Shown one piece after another: positions 26,915 through 39,640 of a DNA stretch of 64,000 nucleotides. The DNA comes from Octopus sinensis (taxonomy: Eukaryota), in the NCBI RefSeq assembly GCF_006345805.1, contig NC_042997.1:101804001-101868000 (forward strand), in the 5' to 3' direction. Both the position numbers and the translations under genes were made by a program. The first letter of the stretch is position 1; every line of letters starts with the position of its first letter. Under the pieces are notes generated by a model. The model was not told the DNA's origin, made no database searches, and worked only from the letters and a program-made list of their open reading frames with translations.

Positions 26915-27764
26915 CTTGTTGGAAAGACTGTTCTAATATTTTGTGATAATCTGTACAATAAATAGGGAAACTGGCAAATTCAACGAGTAGACGACATGCC
27001 CATGTAAACGCCTCACAAAAATCTGAATCTGATTTTACGGATATCTTCTGAGGTAATCTGCTTTCCATACTTTGCTTGCGTAAAGTTTCATCTTGGCTGT
27101 AGACAGAAGAGGAGCTACCAATCACAGAATCTTTATCTGAACAGCGTATTGAATCCACAGGTAAAGTGATTGAGTCTAGGAGATTGTTAACAGAAGTGTC
27201 TTCATTGAATATTCTATGAGATACAAAAGTATGAAAAAAATCTTGGAAACACTGAACACAAGCTTGCATTAGAGTCAATGGAGCACTGACTATTTTGTCA
27301 GCAGATTTTATTGGAGAATTGGTCATCCTGTAGAATGTTGCCCTCAGATTTGCTACATGGTTTATAGGTGTACGTTCAGTCATCTCAATTTGTGAATTCT
27401 GAGTGACTGATTCAGTGTCACATTTTAGAATCTGAGGACTTGAAAGAGTTTCAAAATCATTTAAGGCACCTGAATCAGTACTTTCAATAGTAAGATCTTC
27501 ACTAGTTGAACTTGCTGAACTTTCTGATTTTTGTCTTTCATTTGAGTAGTTGTCCACAGAAAATACATTATTTACAACCTCTTCTTGATCCCCAGTCTCA
27601 ATGACTGTCATGGATGGTTGGGCACGAGTTAAAATTTTATCACACAACTTAAGACTATACATTATCTGATTGCTATGTAGCTTATCACTGCAATGTATCA
27701 ATGATGTTATCATTCTCCGAAGAAGATTTGGAAGAAACTCTGTCTGTGTTTCCAAATATGTTTC
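26915..27764 (-). CDS. DOP1A: DOP1 coding exon 6
   Basis: ORF 26805..27770 (ETYLETQTEFLPNLLRRMI, LCDKILTRAQP, CRLLVEFASFPIY). Acceptor ttttgcag|GAA, donor AAG|GTACAT, 850 nt, phase 0 to 1. Confidence 0.93.
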
Positions 27765-29334
27765 CTGCAAAATAAAATGTAAAAGTCATGAGTAAAAAAT
27801 AACAATAACAAAAGGCAATGTAATTATTCTAGCAAACAGTTTATAGGATTATTATCTGAGCAAAACCAATGATAAATTTATATTTTAGAGAAGAAAAAAA
27901 AAAGACAAAACTCATAAAAAATATTTATCACTTATTCCAACAAAATCTCCAATCAGTATTATTCATGATTTTTTATATGTTGCCGTAAAAATGAAAAATA
28001 AAAAACTTTTTTCTAAACCTTTATCATTACTTGAATGAAAATTTGAAACTTGTGAAAATTTTCTCAATTCTAATTTTATTACTTACTATTCCACATTTGT
28101 AATTTTCAATGTAAGATTTGTATTCAGACACAAGATTTTCTCTTTCTACTACGTAATAATGTACTCATAAAATTACATGGAAATTTGACATTAAGATAAA
28201 CATATGTTACATAAATTATATAGATTATGTTCTAGAACCAAAAGAAACTATCTGGAAATAGATGTAACAGATATTAATCATAATTTTGGGAAACACTGTA
28301 CTGATAATACTGGAAAAGTAGACGAAAAAAATACCATTTGATTCTGATTAAGTAAGTCAATTATATTCAAATTCAAACTGCTTCCCAACTTAAATCACCA
28401 AAAGATTGTAGAGTTCTCTATGCTTTACTTATTCAGTCATTATATTTATATAAAAACACTTATGTTAACATGGGAGAATTAATTGAATGTTTAGCTGTTG
28501 TTTCTATTTGTGTGTGTGTTTAATGGCTAAAGTAAAAAGAGAAAAGGTAGAGTCCATAGCCCTTTTCAAAACCTCTGTGACTGAGTAGGAGGAAGTTATC
28601 CTCAGACTGAAGACCTAACTAAAATGCTTGCAACTGAGTGGATCCAGTTAAATTAAATGTATCTATCTGGGCCATGATCGTGGCCCATCGCGCTTTATGT
28701 GTTAAGTATTTGAAATCACAAGACAACATTTAGTGACAATGAAAAGAAGGAGACCTCAGCTTAAGATCTCTTAAGCTGATGAATCAATTGATGAAAGAGA
28801 TAAAGTGATTTGTAGCAAAATTAGTATAAGACACAATAAAGTTTGGTATAATGCAGCTTAAGTTTGTACATGTGCAAGGAATCCCTTACATCATATATCT
28901 AGCAAAGCAATTGCAACAGATGTTGATAACCAAAACAAACTACATTGACAAAATAGAAAAAGCTTTTGCCAGGAGCCCACTTTCTATTGTCAAGCCCATG
29001 CTGAGTAAATTAGATATAGATAAATAGGTTAAATGGAGATGAACTGAAAGTTATATGCAAAACTTCTCAATATAAATTCCCTTCTTAGTTGGAGTAAACA
29101 AACTTCTAGTGGCAGTTGTTAATAAAGAAGATAATTCCAAGAAGTCTGCTCAACCTTTCTTTTCCATTCATTTTTTAATGCTAGCATGGATTAAACAAAT
29201 ATATTGTTGAAGTACTGTTTCACAAGCAGATGCCCTTCCTGTCTCTAGTCCTTACCCATTTTTCAAGTAAAGGGCATTTGCTTCATCTATCTACTTATAG
29301 CCTGATAGGGCAGCTTTTAAGCCACTGACTCCAA

Positions 29335-29758
29335 ATGGGAAGATCTGCAAACAGATCTCTGACTTGATTTGGAGAATTTGTTGCAATTGATTCCTCCAGA
29401 ATCATATCTCAATGACGATCATATTCGTTGCAAAAAATCACGCAAGGAAAAAACCTCAAAATAATTGCTAGATTTTGCAATTAATTTCAATCATTCCCAA
29501 AGTTTATTTCCAAGTTATAAAAATTGTGATCATACAAAAAAATTTGTCACAAAAAATCACATAAAAATCTGTTGTAAACAATCACAGTACAGAAAACTTG
29601 GGAATCCAAAATTTCAGGATTGCCGGTCCAGATTTGGGCCAGAATGCTTTCAATTTATTCACAGTGGTGGCCTAATTCCAAAATGGTATATGTTGGGCTA
29701 CGACCTCTAGAAGTAAAGTAAAAACAGTGTGACACACTGACATTCGCATTTACCATAT

Positions 29759-29760
<2 letters not shown>
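29335..29760 (-). mobile_element. Probable non-autonomous Helitron
   Basis: The minus strand starts with ...TAATATGGTAAATGCGAATGT, resembling Helitron 5' ends of the TAATATTATAAATGCGAA type, and ends near the hairpin AGATCTG-TTTG-CAGATCT. The terminus is degenerate. Confidence 0.45.
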
Positions 29761-29817
<57 letters not shown>

Positions 29818-29902
29818 TATAAAGTAATTGTGAGAACCTAGAAAATACAAAGTTTTAAGAAATTACTTTTGAATAATATTTTAATAATATTGCTTTACTT
29901 AC

Positions 29903-30492
29903 TAATGAAATAACATCAAGAAGGAAGTTACACAATTCACAAAGTTCGATGAAATCAGGCATGTCAGAGGAAGATTCTAAATCAGAATGGTTAACTTTTG
30001 CTGTCTGAACCTGCATAGAACTCTTCTGGCAGGCCAATTCAAACATTCTTCCAATAAAATCCCAAATATAAAAAGGTTCAAAAGAGTTAAAAAGCAAATT
30101 AGCAGTCTTCAGAAGTTCAGTAATAACTTTCTCATCACGTTGTGGGGAAGCTGTCTTAGAATTTGATGAAGGAACTTTACACTCTTTATAAAGACTTCGG
30201 AAAATAGCCCATAGCACATTTTCTAAGATCACCGGTCCAATTTCAGGTTTATCCAAAAGACTGATGAGAATTCGGAATGGCTGTAAAATGGAAGCTTTTG
30301 CAGATGACTCATCATTAGGATTATCTGGTGTGCAAGAACTTTCATAAAGTCGTGCTTTCAGAGCTAAGACAAGTAAGTCTTTTGAAAAAGTATGAAAGTA
30401 AGATTGGTCCTTTTCTCCTTCACTGGAAGCAGTATTATTCTCAACTGAATCATTAGACATAGTAGAGTGACGTTGCCGAGCATCAATTGCAC
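29903..30492 (-). CDS. DOP1A: DOP1 coding exon 5
   Basis: ORF 29855..30460 (YFHTFSKDLLV, QPFRILISLLDKPEIGPVILE, LFNSFEPFYIWD). Acceptor poly-T ctcattag|GT, donor TTA|GTAAGT, 590 nt, phase 1 to 0. Confidence 0.95.
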
Positions 30493-30849
30493 CTAATGAG
30501 AAAAAAAAAGGAAGAAAAATATTCTAAAATACTATTAGGATATTTGTATTTAATTTGAATTAACATAAATAAAGATCAAGAAAAATGGAGGTTATGTTTT
30601 TGCTTTTCAGTCAATTCAAGTGGTTTACTCTTAAACTCAATTTGAAAAGTGATTTTATTTAATTTTTATTTTTATATATATTCTTAATAACTTGGAAATT
30701 TCTGAAAGTCAAATACTGCATATTTGGAAAAAAAAACCCAAAAAACCCCAGTTATGGACCAATGTTTTCAAATGTTGAAGTTACATACATCTGAACATTA
30801 AAATTTGGCTGGAGGGCAGGGGAAAGGAATATGTTTAATAATAGAAAAG

Positions 30850-31760
30850 ACATCTCACCACTCTGAAATTATCACCCTTAGCGACTTCAACAGTCCCATC
30901 TCTTCTAGGTCCTCTCACCCCTTCTCACCTAGTGATTACACATTCTCTACTTATTAGAGACTGCATCACAAGGACTGGCTTTCCTCTTCAGAGTCAAAGT
31001 ACGACAGCCCCTAGCACCTACTCCATCTCAATATTCAGTACCTGTTGAAATGTGGTGGCTTGTGTGTCTCCTGGGAGAGTCTCCCATATGGGGCAGATCA
31101 AAGGATAGAGGGCAGACTAATATAGACCACCTCTTCCTAGAGATGAAAATGGGTTTGCATAGGGCCAACACCCTTATCTTGCAAACAAAAAAAAAAGCAA
31201 GTTACACATGGCAATTTAAAACCAATAAGACCTGGGAGAGGAAGGCCTTCCCTCAGGGAAACATATGACACAGTGCAGCAAAATCTCAAAGGATGCCATA
31301 AAAATAGCTGGAAGTGGAATACTGAAGCAGAGCTGAAAAAGTAGTGTTCCAACTGGAGAGAAGCAGAAGGCAGCCCAGAGTCAAGAAAAGTGGGTGGGGG
31401 GGGGGGGGGGAAAGCTGTTGATGGCTTATGCTCCATAGGAAGCAAAAGACTTCAGAGGAAGAAGAAACAACAACTAACCCTCTACAAAGCTCCAGTGAGA
31501 CCCACAATAATATACTGCACTTACATCTAGAAAGTCGTTGCAGTTATGTATATAGGAAACTTGAGTGCATCCTATCTGACAGATAGGAATGGAGTCGCTC
31601 AGCTATTTCTTCTATTATAACTGATTTCTACTCCTTGCAGCTGACTGAGCTGTCTCATACCACCTCTGCTCAATGCTCTAAAGTCACGTATCTCTCCTCT
31701 TCCCAGGTCCTTGCACTAATAGTCCATTCTTCTCAAAATATCCTTAACTATTCAGGTAAA
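30850..31760 (+). mobile_element. Highly decayed CR1/L2-like LINE remnants
   Basis: EIITLSDFNSP resembles the endonuclease IILGDFN motif. C-terminal-like text occurs at 31560-31740. Similar CT-rich relics lie at about 17480-18010 and 51640-51850. Confidence 0.4.
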
Positions 31761-32593
31761 AAAATCAGCAAGGGACAATTTAAAAAATTTTTCACTTGAT
31801 AAGCATTTTGAATTTATATGTTGTTATTTCTGTAACTGCTTTCCCAACATTATCTAAATTATCAAACAATTATAATCATTACCGCATCAAAAGAAATTTG
31901 TCATGTGATCATTGTAATACTAGCAATGGCTTTTTTCTTGTTTCTTGCAAGTATTTATTTCCAACAAAACTTTCTATTTATATTACAATGTTACATCTGT
32001 CACAAGATGGACTTCATTACTATACATAGTTTCATTAATCAGTCAGTTGATGGTTTCAATATACAATTGTATATTTTTGTTTTGACTAGAATTAGATATA
32101 TGCAATTTTATATTTAATCATTTACACACACATACATATGCATATTTCTTGCTTTTACTAAGCTTTCTCTTATCAAATTTGACTAAGCATAAAATTAGTT
32201 AATTATAATAAATTTATTTTAGTATTTAAACAAAGCTTTAATTCATTTGCTTTTGCATAATCATAATTAAACTGTAAATTTGATTTTATACCTGAATGTG
32301 ACCAAAAGTATTGAAACTTCATTATATTTTTTATCAAATAAGAGACTATAAGTACCAAGTCAAAATTGTGACTAAAAGAGTAGCTGTGTGTGATTATGTG
32401 GGTGGGTGGGTGGGTGGGGTAAGATTAATAAAAAAAAATTTAATTCTTTAAAATGAAAAAATATTCACTCAATCAAAAATATGCTAAATAACCAAAGAAA
32501 TAACCAGAAGAATTTTGCTGGTTATGGTTACAATCATAAGTTAACAGAATTTCCATTATTTTCATCAACAAATATCTCTTGAATATATCTCAC

Positions 32594-32822
32594 CTGCTAA
32601 AGGGACTCCATTACAATCAGTCCCCAACAACCAAGCATACAATCTTCGATTTAAAGACATGTCCCTGCGTAGTATTACAGTAACAGAAGCTTTCAGAATC
32701 TTCAACATATCAGCTTTGGTCAACTGAGCATTATGCATGGGGAATGCTATCAAGAGAAAATCTAACAGACTTCTCTGAACTAGGACAATGCTATCTTGAA
32801 CAGCTGTACATGCTGCTTGTAC
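32594..32822 (-). CDS. DOP1A: DOP1 coding exon 4
   Basis: VQAACTAVQDSIVLVQRSLLDFLLIAFPMH...LRRDMSLNRRLYAWLLG. Acceptor ctcatag|GTA, donor CAG|GTGAGA, 229 nt, phase 0 to 1. Confidence 0.96.
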
Positions 32823-32863
32823 CTATGAGATGGAATACAAAATGAAAAATAATAAATGGCTGA

Positions 32864-33135
32864 CATTAAGCAATTTTATGTAAATAATGAAAAACTAACA
32901 GATTTGCAACATCTACCAGTGTATATTATTCCATTTGATACACATTGTAACTGATACTAAAAAGTGAAAACAACTCTTTTTGGAAAATTCTAACAGAAAA
33001 CAATGATTTTTTTTTTTAAAAGAAAAATACACTCACATTAAAAGATTTCCAGTTCTTTTTTTGCTTTTCCATATACTAATTAAGTTTGTAATGTCTTTTC
33101 TATATGTGTAATTCTCATTATCTATGCAACACATT
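32864..33135 (+). repeat. Direct repeat copy 1 (about 270 bp; copy 2 at 34696-34975)
   Basis: Both copies begin CATTAAGCAATTTTATGTAAATAATGAAAAAC.AACAGATTTGCAACAT and stay colinear to ...GTGTAATTCTCATTAT...CACATT. Confidence 0.9.
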
Positions 33136-33190
33136 TAATTTCATTAATCTCTTGGTTACCTCCTGTCTCATCCCTAACTCTATAAATTAA

Positions 33191-33410
33191 CCCTTTCGTT
33201 ACTGCATTTATTTTGAGATGCTCTGTGTTTCTTTCAATTACTTTAAATATAACAAAAAATTTAGTAAAATAACTTGGTTATCATTAAGCTAGTGTTAGGA
33301 ACATAAATTGTGACTAAGGCTTAGTGGAAGATTTTAATTCAAAACTTATGAAAACAAGACATTTGCACTCAGAGCCAGAGCCGGTTTCAGCCGGGTTGGT
33401 AACAAAAGGG
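33191..33410. mobile_element. piggyBac-like MITE, family 2
   Basis: TTAA|CCCTTTCGTTAC ... GTAACAAAAGGG. The right TTAA is lost. Confidence 0.65.
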
Positions 33411-33945
33411 GCTTCTAGTTTACATCAGAAGCTAAGGGAAAAAAACGATGACAGCAGGAGTAAAAGGGTCCTAGAAAGTGACACTGCAGAACAAGAAAAA
33501 AGGGAAAACAAATAATTTGTCCTTCATGCATCAAACTTTCACAAGAGAAGCAGAAGAAACAAAATACAAACATATATACAACTCAGTATATATCTCTGTA
33601 ACCACTTTATGAAACATTTGTAAAGTGTATTTACCTAACAATATGTCATTATGACAACTTTGCAAAAGTTAGTAATGTTATGACTATCAAAACATGTATG
33701 ACTTCAGCAGACACATCTTTCTATATTTAGATACTCTTTAGAAAAAGATGTTATGTACTGAGGAGTAAATATAGCTATCATTCTAGCTGTGGATATTGAT
33801 GGAAATATCAAAAATATTTCTGAAAATACCTAATAAAAAAATATGCCTTGATATCACTAATTTTTTTTTTTTTAAGAGAGGAAAGTATACACTTATAGTC
33901 TATGCAGGCCTACCAAGCCGGTATAGAAAATGGCTGCGAATATTA

Positions 33946-34370
33946 CCGAAAATCCTCGAGTATAATCCACATTTCCCCCCCAAAATTTAAAGGTCAAAAT
34001 CCCTAGTGTGTACTATATACAAGGTTAAAAATGAAAAATATTTTCTAAGCAATGTCTGAGTCTCAATTTGCTGTCCGGCAATGTTTATTCAGATGCGAAA
34101 ATACCTTAAGTTAAGCCTGAAAGCAATGAAGTCATAAAAGAATCATCTATAACTTGCAGTAAGCAACATTTATTAAGCGTTATTACTGTTATTTCTTTAT
34201 TTTCTGCAAACAAAATGCACAAAAAAGCTACACGTTTGCATTGTGTTATATACACAATGATAATAAAGGATGTTACCATATACACAAGGTTTAGGTTTTT
34301 CAGAGGTACAGCCTCCTAAAAACCCCCTGCGTATTTTACACAAAGGCAGACTATACTTGAGGATTTACGG
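33946..34370. mobile_element. Tc2/pogo-like non-autonomous element (MITE)
   Basis: TA|CCGAAAATCCTCGAGTATAATCC ... AGACTATACTTGAGGATTTACGG|TA: about 23-bp TIRs with TA flanks. CCGTA-type termini are typical of Tc2/pogo-like elements. Confidence 0.7.
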
Positions 34371-35127
34371 TAAGTTCCTGAAGGTTTGAAAGTTCTAGGG
34401 ATACAGATTTGGATAAACTATTTAAATATGTAGCTCTGGATTCCATTCAAAGTGTTCCTCAGAAGTGTATGCTGATGGGGGTCTTTCTGACTATTAACTC
34501 TAGTTTATTCCAAGGTTTAGTCATTTCTCAAGCTTTACATCCTGTACATTAGCACTCAACATGCTATCACTTCTAACAATGTACACATGATACCAACTTT
34601 TTTTACACAGGCATCAATTATACACAAGCTAGATGCCTTGTGACAAACTTGCACTGCCTCATAGAAACTTCAAAAACATCTTTCAAAAAATTAGTCATTA
34701 AGCAATTTTATGTAAATAATGAAAAACGAACAGATTTGCAACATTTACCCATATATATCATTTGTAACTCATACTAAAATGTGAAAAAACATTTTTTGGA
34801 AAATTTTAACAGAAAACAATAATTATTTTTTAAATATGAGGATATTTAAAAGTAAAATACATTCACATCAAAAAATTTCCAGTCCTTTTTTTTTTCCCCC
34901 ACATACTAATTAATCAAGTTTGTAATAAAATGTATTTTCTAAATGTGTAATTCTCATTATACCTGTGTGACACATTGTTGCTTTTTTTTTTTTAAAGTTG
35001 TGGAGAAAAATTTCTTTAAAAATGTTCTTTAACATTGAACACTCTCTCATATATGAGAGGCTAAGGAAAAAAAAAAAGGAAATGTTAACTATCCTTCACT
35101 GCAATAAACATCACCAAAATGAATTAC

Positions 35128-35317
35128 CATGAGGTCGATATTAAGGCCCATCATATACAGCTGATCTTCCATGCTCTGCTTTTTATTGTAGTGTGTCAAT
35201 AAGAAAGTGATTGCCTGAAGTCTAGCAGCAGGGAAGGTGTAGATACACTGCCACATACAACTGTAGAAGTAACTCTCATCAGTCACCTGACTGAAATCCA
35301 CCAGCAATTTATCACAC
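35128..35317 (-). CDS. DOP1A: DOP1 coding exon 3
   Basis: CDKLLVDFSQVTDESYFYSCMWQC...SMEDQLYMMGLNIDLM. Acceptor ttgcag|G, donor ATG|GTAATT, 190 nt, phase 2 to 0. Confidence 0.95.
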
Positions 35318-35377
35318 CTGCAATTAGAAATATAAAACTATAAAGACAGCAAAAGTTAGTGTGTCCAAATTTACTTT

Positions 35378-36790
35378 CATCATCATCATTTAATGTCCAC
35401 TTTCCATGCTGGCATTGGCTGGACAGTTTGACTGAAAACTGGTAAGCACGCTGTACCAGGTTCAAATCTGGGTTGGCAAGGTTTCTATTGCTGGATGCCC
35501 TTCCTAATACCAACCACTCCAAGAGTGCAGTGGGTGCTCTTTATGTTCCACTGGCACAGGAGCCATTGACCTAACATTGGCATTGGCCACAACTATAGCC
35601 ACACTTGGCTTGATGGGTATATTGCCAAGGGTTTTGGTCATCTGTCACTGCCATCATGAGGCTTATTGCTCGAATGGTGCTTTTTACATGCCACCAGCAT
35701 GGGTATCAGCACTGGTATCATCCATGACTATGATTTCACTTGGTACAGAAGGTCTTCACAAGCACAGCATATCGCTCAACTGAAGGTTGCATTTAACAGG
35801 TGGGCTAGTTACACGACACTGGCATTGGCAATGACTATGATCTCACTTGGCTTGATGGGCCTTCTCAAGCACAGCATATCTCCAAAGGTCTCAGTTGTTT
35901 ATCATTGCATCTATGAGGACCAACATTCGAAGATCATGCTTCACCACCTCATCCCATGTCTTCTTAGGTCTATCTCTTCCACAGGTTCCCTCCACCATTA
36001 GAATGCAACACTTCTTCACACACCTGTCCTCATCCACAAGCATCACATGACCATACCAGCACAGTCATCTCTCTTGCACCCCACATTTGATGTTTCTTAT
36101 GTCCAACTTTTCTCTCTGTCTATCTGATATAATTTCCTGTTACCACTATACTTCCAGTCTTTTCAGGCTTGTTTCTTATCCCTAATGGCCCTGTCAACTA
36201 CATTGTTCCACCACCATGTCGCCTTAGGTGAAGAGGGAACTTTGCACCAGCCACAAATCTGGTCAGTAGCCCTCAACAAGTTGTTCCATAGGAACCTTCC
36301 TTGTTCTCTACATTATGTGATGCCATATCCTCCTTTATTTCATCAAAAGCTTCAAGTAATATGTCTCTAAATCTCTGTCTATTCAGAGGATCCTTAAGCT
36401 TCCAGACCCTTCTTTTCCACACTGGTCATCTTCTGGGTAGCCATTTAGCCCTGATCCTGAAGTGACTAACTAACCTGTGTTGTGGGTAAGTTTTGGCATT
36501 TATAAGCAGCAATCTTTCTTGTTTCCTGGGGAGAATGTAATCAATCTGACTAGTGTACCAACCAGACTGGTAGGTGAACAGGTGACTGGCCGGTTTCCTG
36601 AAGTTAGTATTACAGATCATAAGATCATTTGCATCACAGAACTCCAGCAGCCTGGTCCCTTCTCATTGCGGAAACCAAATCTGTTGCCGCCATGTACACC
36701 ATGGAAGCTCTCCAGATGTCCAACATGCTCATTGAAGTCACCAGCCACAAAGAGAAGGTCCCTGTCATTTGTCAGGTCACATTATCTTTA
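35378..36790 (-). mobile_element. RTE-clade LINE, 5'-truncated and with the RT domain deleted
   Basis: APE endonuclease motifs (VAGDFNEHVG, RLLEFCDANDLMICNT, SQIDYIL) are joined near 36130 directly to the C-terminus (LCWYGHVM, GTCGRDRPKKTWDEVV), then a repetitive 3' UTR and (GAT)n tail. Confidence 0.85.
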
Positions 36791-37572
36791 TATGTATCAG
36801 GTATGAAATACAAAATATAGAAATAATATGATTTTGAAGAAAAAGGCATTGAAAGAAAACATTAGCTTAAATAATAAAATGTTGATATCTATAGAGAGCA
36901 TCCAGTTAATAGATTGCAGAGGTTTAAAAAATGCCAAAAAAACTAAACTGTAAAATAAGTTGGAGAAGAAAGTTAGAGGAACTTTCTCAACCAGGGTCCC
37001 TCAGGATGATATTGTTCAGTAAGAGGTCACTAGGAGTCCCACAAGACTTAGCAAAATATACACTAATTATACGCATACTTTTTTTTGTATTTAATTCTTT
37101 ATTTGTAATTTTATTATACATTTCTGGCATACTATTAAAGGTAGAGAAATCTTGGTATCTGTAGGTAGTAAGGAGATCCCTTGGAAAAATGAATTCTTAA
37201 GAGGAAATTGAAGGGGAATTTGGTTAAGACAAGTCTTCATTAAGACAGAATTTCTTAAACCTTCTTTAATAGATTTAGCAGAGTGAAACCTTTCAAAAGC
37301 AGTTTCATGAAATTTACCTTTTTGAAAGAGAAAGACAAAGAGAAATCAAGATATGTAGTTTTCATGTAGGGATTCCATGAAACAGGTAATTTATTTCAAA
37401 GGTTCCTCACAAAGTAAAGACACTGGGAAATGCTGGGTTAGAGGTTAAAACGTTTAAAATATTAGAAACCATTAGACTAATAATGTAAGCTTCTTAACCT
37501 AATGATTTAAATCAGTGACAATGAATAATAAACAAATAAGATATTTGACAGAAAATAAAAATCCTATATTAC

Positions 37573-37925
37573 CTGTAGGATAGTTCTGAACCCTCTTCCA
37601 TGCCAGGTAACAATCCAAGTAGAAGTCCATTTAGACCTGGTTTTATATGTTTTCCTAAAGGTACAAAATGGCACTCATAGAGATCTAAAAGAACTGGCTT
37701 CACATTCATGGCAGCATAACTCATGAGGGGGAAAAGACCTGCAGTGTAGATAAAGAGATCTTGGGACAAACGCTCAAGACCAATACTTTTGAAGATGATA
37801 TCATAGGTTTCAAGAGCTTTCAGATGGACACCACTTGGTAAAGCTGGATGAAGACACTGGGCTAATCGTTTACCGATTATCACTCTTTTGGGGATGACAG
37901 GGTATTTCATATGTGACAGCAATAC
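37573..37925 (-). CDS. DOP1A: DOP1 coding exon 2 (Dopey_N domain)
   Basis: ORF 37569..37922, [41 protein letters not shown]...[10 protein letters not shown]. Acceptor tacag|GTA, donor AG|GTAATA, 353 nt, phase 0 to 2. Confidence 0.97.
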
Positions 37926-38901
37926 CTGTAAAGATTAGAATATGAACTAATAAGTGAAAGTGAAGAACTGTATCAGGTTGGAATAAATGCTTTATGCTGT
38001 TTAGTTACATTCATTCATGTCACAAGTTCAGAACATACACCAGTTGACATTCACCTCATTCCTCTGGAGTTATTACTACATGCAACTGTAATATATTTGG
38101 GACTGGTTCAAATAACTACACACTTTCTGAAAATTAGCAACCTTGTATCAAAGTTACAACTCTTTATTAACTAGCAATAACAAAGCACCATAATTTCTTT
38201 TCTTTTTTTATCAAACTTTATAGTAGCAATTTTTTTATTAAATCTAATCTTGGGTAACAAAATATGTACTCTGTATACTTATGTAAGTATGACTTGTACA
38301 TATTGTCTTTAATAAGCACTAACAATCAAAATCATCACTGCATGTGATGGACAATATTATTGTTATATTGTTCAGTAAAACTGTTAAGTAGTAAAAAGAC
38401 CAAATAAAATGTACCTATGTATGCTAAATGAAGGACAGTAGAGAGGATATAAATTCCCTAACAAGCTATTATTTATACATAATAGACATGTGTGTGTGTG
38501 TGTGTGTGTGTGTGCATTGCATGCATATATTTAGGTGTTGTAGTTATGTTACACACTATGTTCTTAAGTAAATCTACAATCAAAGCTTTTCCAGCAATGA
38601 CAATTTCATATTTGCTTAGACGGTATATCAAAGATTACAAAATCTGGTGTATTTGCACCTTAACATTTTAAAATTTCCATTTTTCAGAGGCAAGGAAGTA
38701 ATAAGGAGTGATAGCTACTATTTCTAGCAAGTCAGGCAACAATATGGAGGCTTCTGCTTTCATTTCTGTGGAAATGTTTGATCTTCTTGGTCTATGTGGA
38801 TCATACAGATGAATGAGCATGATTGCCTTGCCTTGCCATTTCTTTCTGATTACTGTTGTTTACATATGTATTGTACTGCCAAGTGCAATAGTGGATGTTA
38901 A

Positions 38902-39075
38902 TCATCATCATCATCGTTTAGCGTCCGTTTTCCATGCTAGCATGGGTTGGACGGGTCAACTGGGGTCTGTGAAGCTGGAAGGCTTCGTCAGGCCCAGTCA
39001 GATCTGGCAGTGTTTCTACGGCTGGATGCCCTTCCTAACGCCAACCACTCCGCGAGTGTAGTGGGTGTTTTTTAC
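38902..39075 (-). repeat. RTE-LINE 3'-tail/SINE-tail repeat family (representative copy)
   Basis: catcatcatcgtttagcgtccgttttccatgctagcatgggttggacg...ggatgcccttcctaacgccaaccactc. Related copies at about 2620-2780, 5270-5400, 13290-13440, 26310-26620, 42405-42580, 51870-52140 and 57110-57260. The same tail is present on the LINE at 35378. Confidence 0.8.
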
Positions 39076-39640
39076 ATGGTAATTTCCTGATCAGTTATAT
39101 GCCGTAACCAGGAATATACTACTCAACTATATAAAAGTGTGTGTGTGTGAGTTCATGTACATATGTATCTTTGTCCTCTACCGCTGCTTGACAATTGGTA
39201 CAGGTTTGCTCATATCTCTTTAACTTAGCAGTTCAGCAAAAGACACCGACAATACTTAAAAATAAGTACTGGAGTTGATTTGTTTGAGTAAACCCTTTGA
39301 GACAGTGTTCCAGCTTGGCAAAGTCAATGACTGAAACAAGTAAAAGATAACACACTCAGAGAAAGGACAGCTCCCATGATTCATGTAGGAAGGAGTATAA
39401 TTATTCCTCAGCCAGAAAATCTGTTAATAAATGTGGGTGCAAATTTATTTAATTTTGTAGTATTTCAAGTATTGATAAATTTCAATATTTTATGCTTTTT
39501 ACTTCTATTTATAACCAATTTCATATGCATCACAGTTCACATAAAAGAGCTATATTATGCATAACTTTTTAAAAATACAATTCCATTATTGATCTCAAGT
39601 GAATTTTGGCTAATAAGCACATTTTAAAACTGATATTTAA

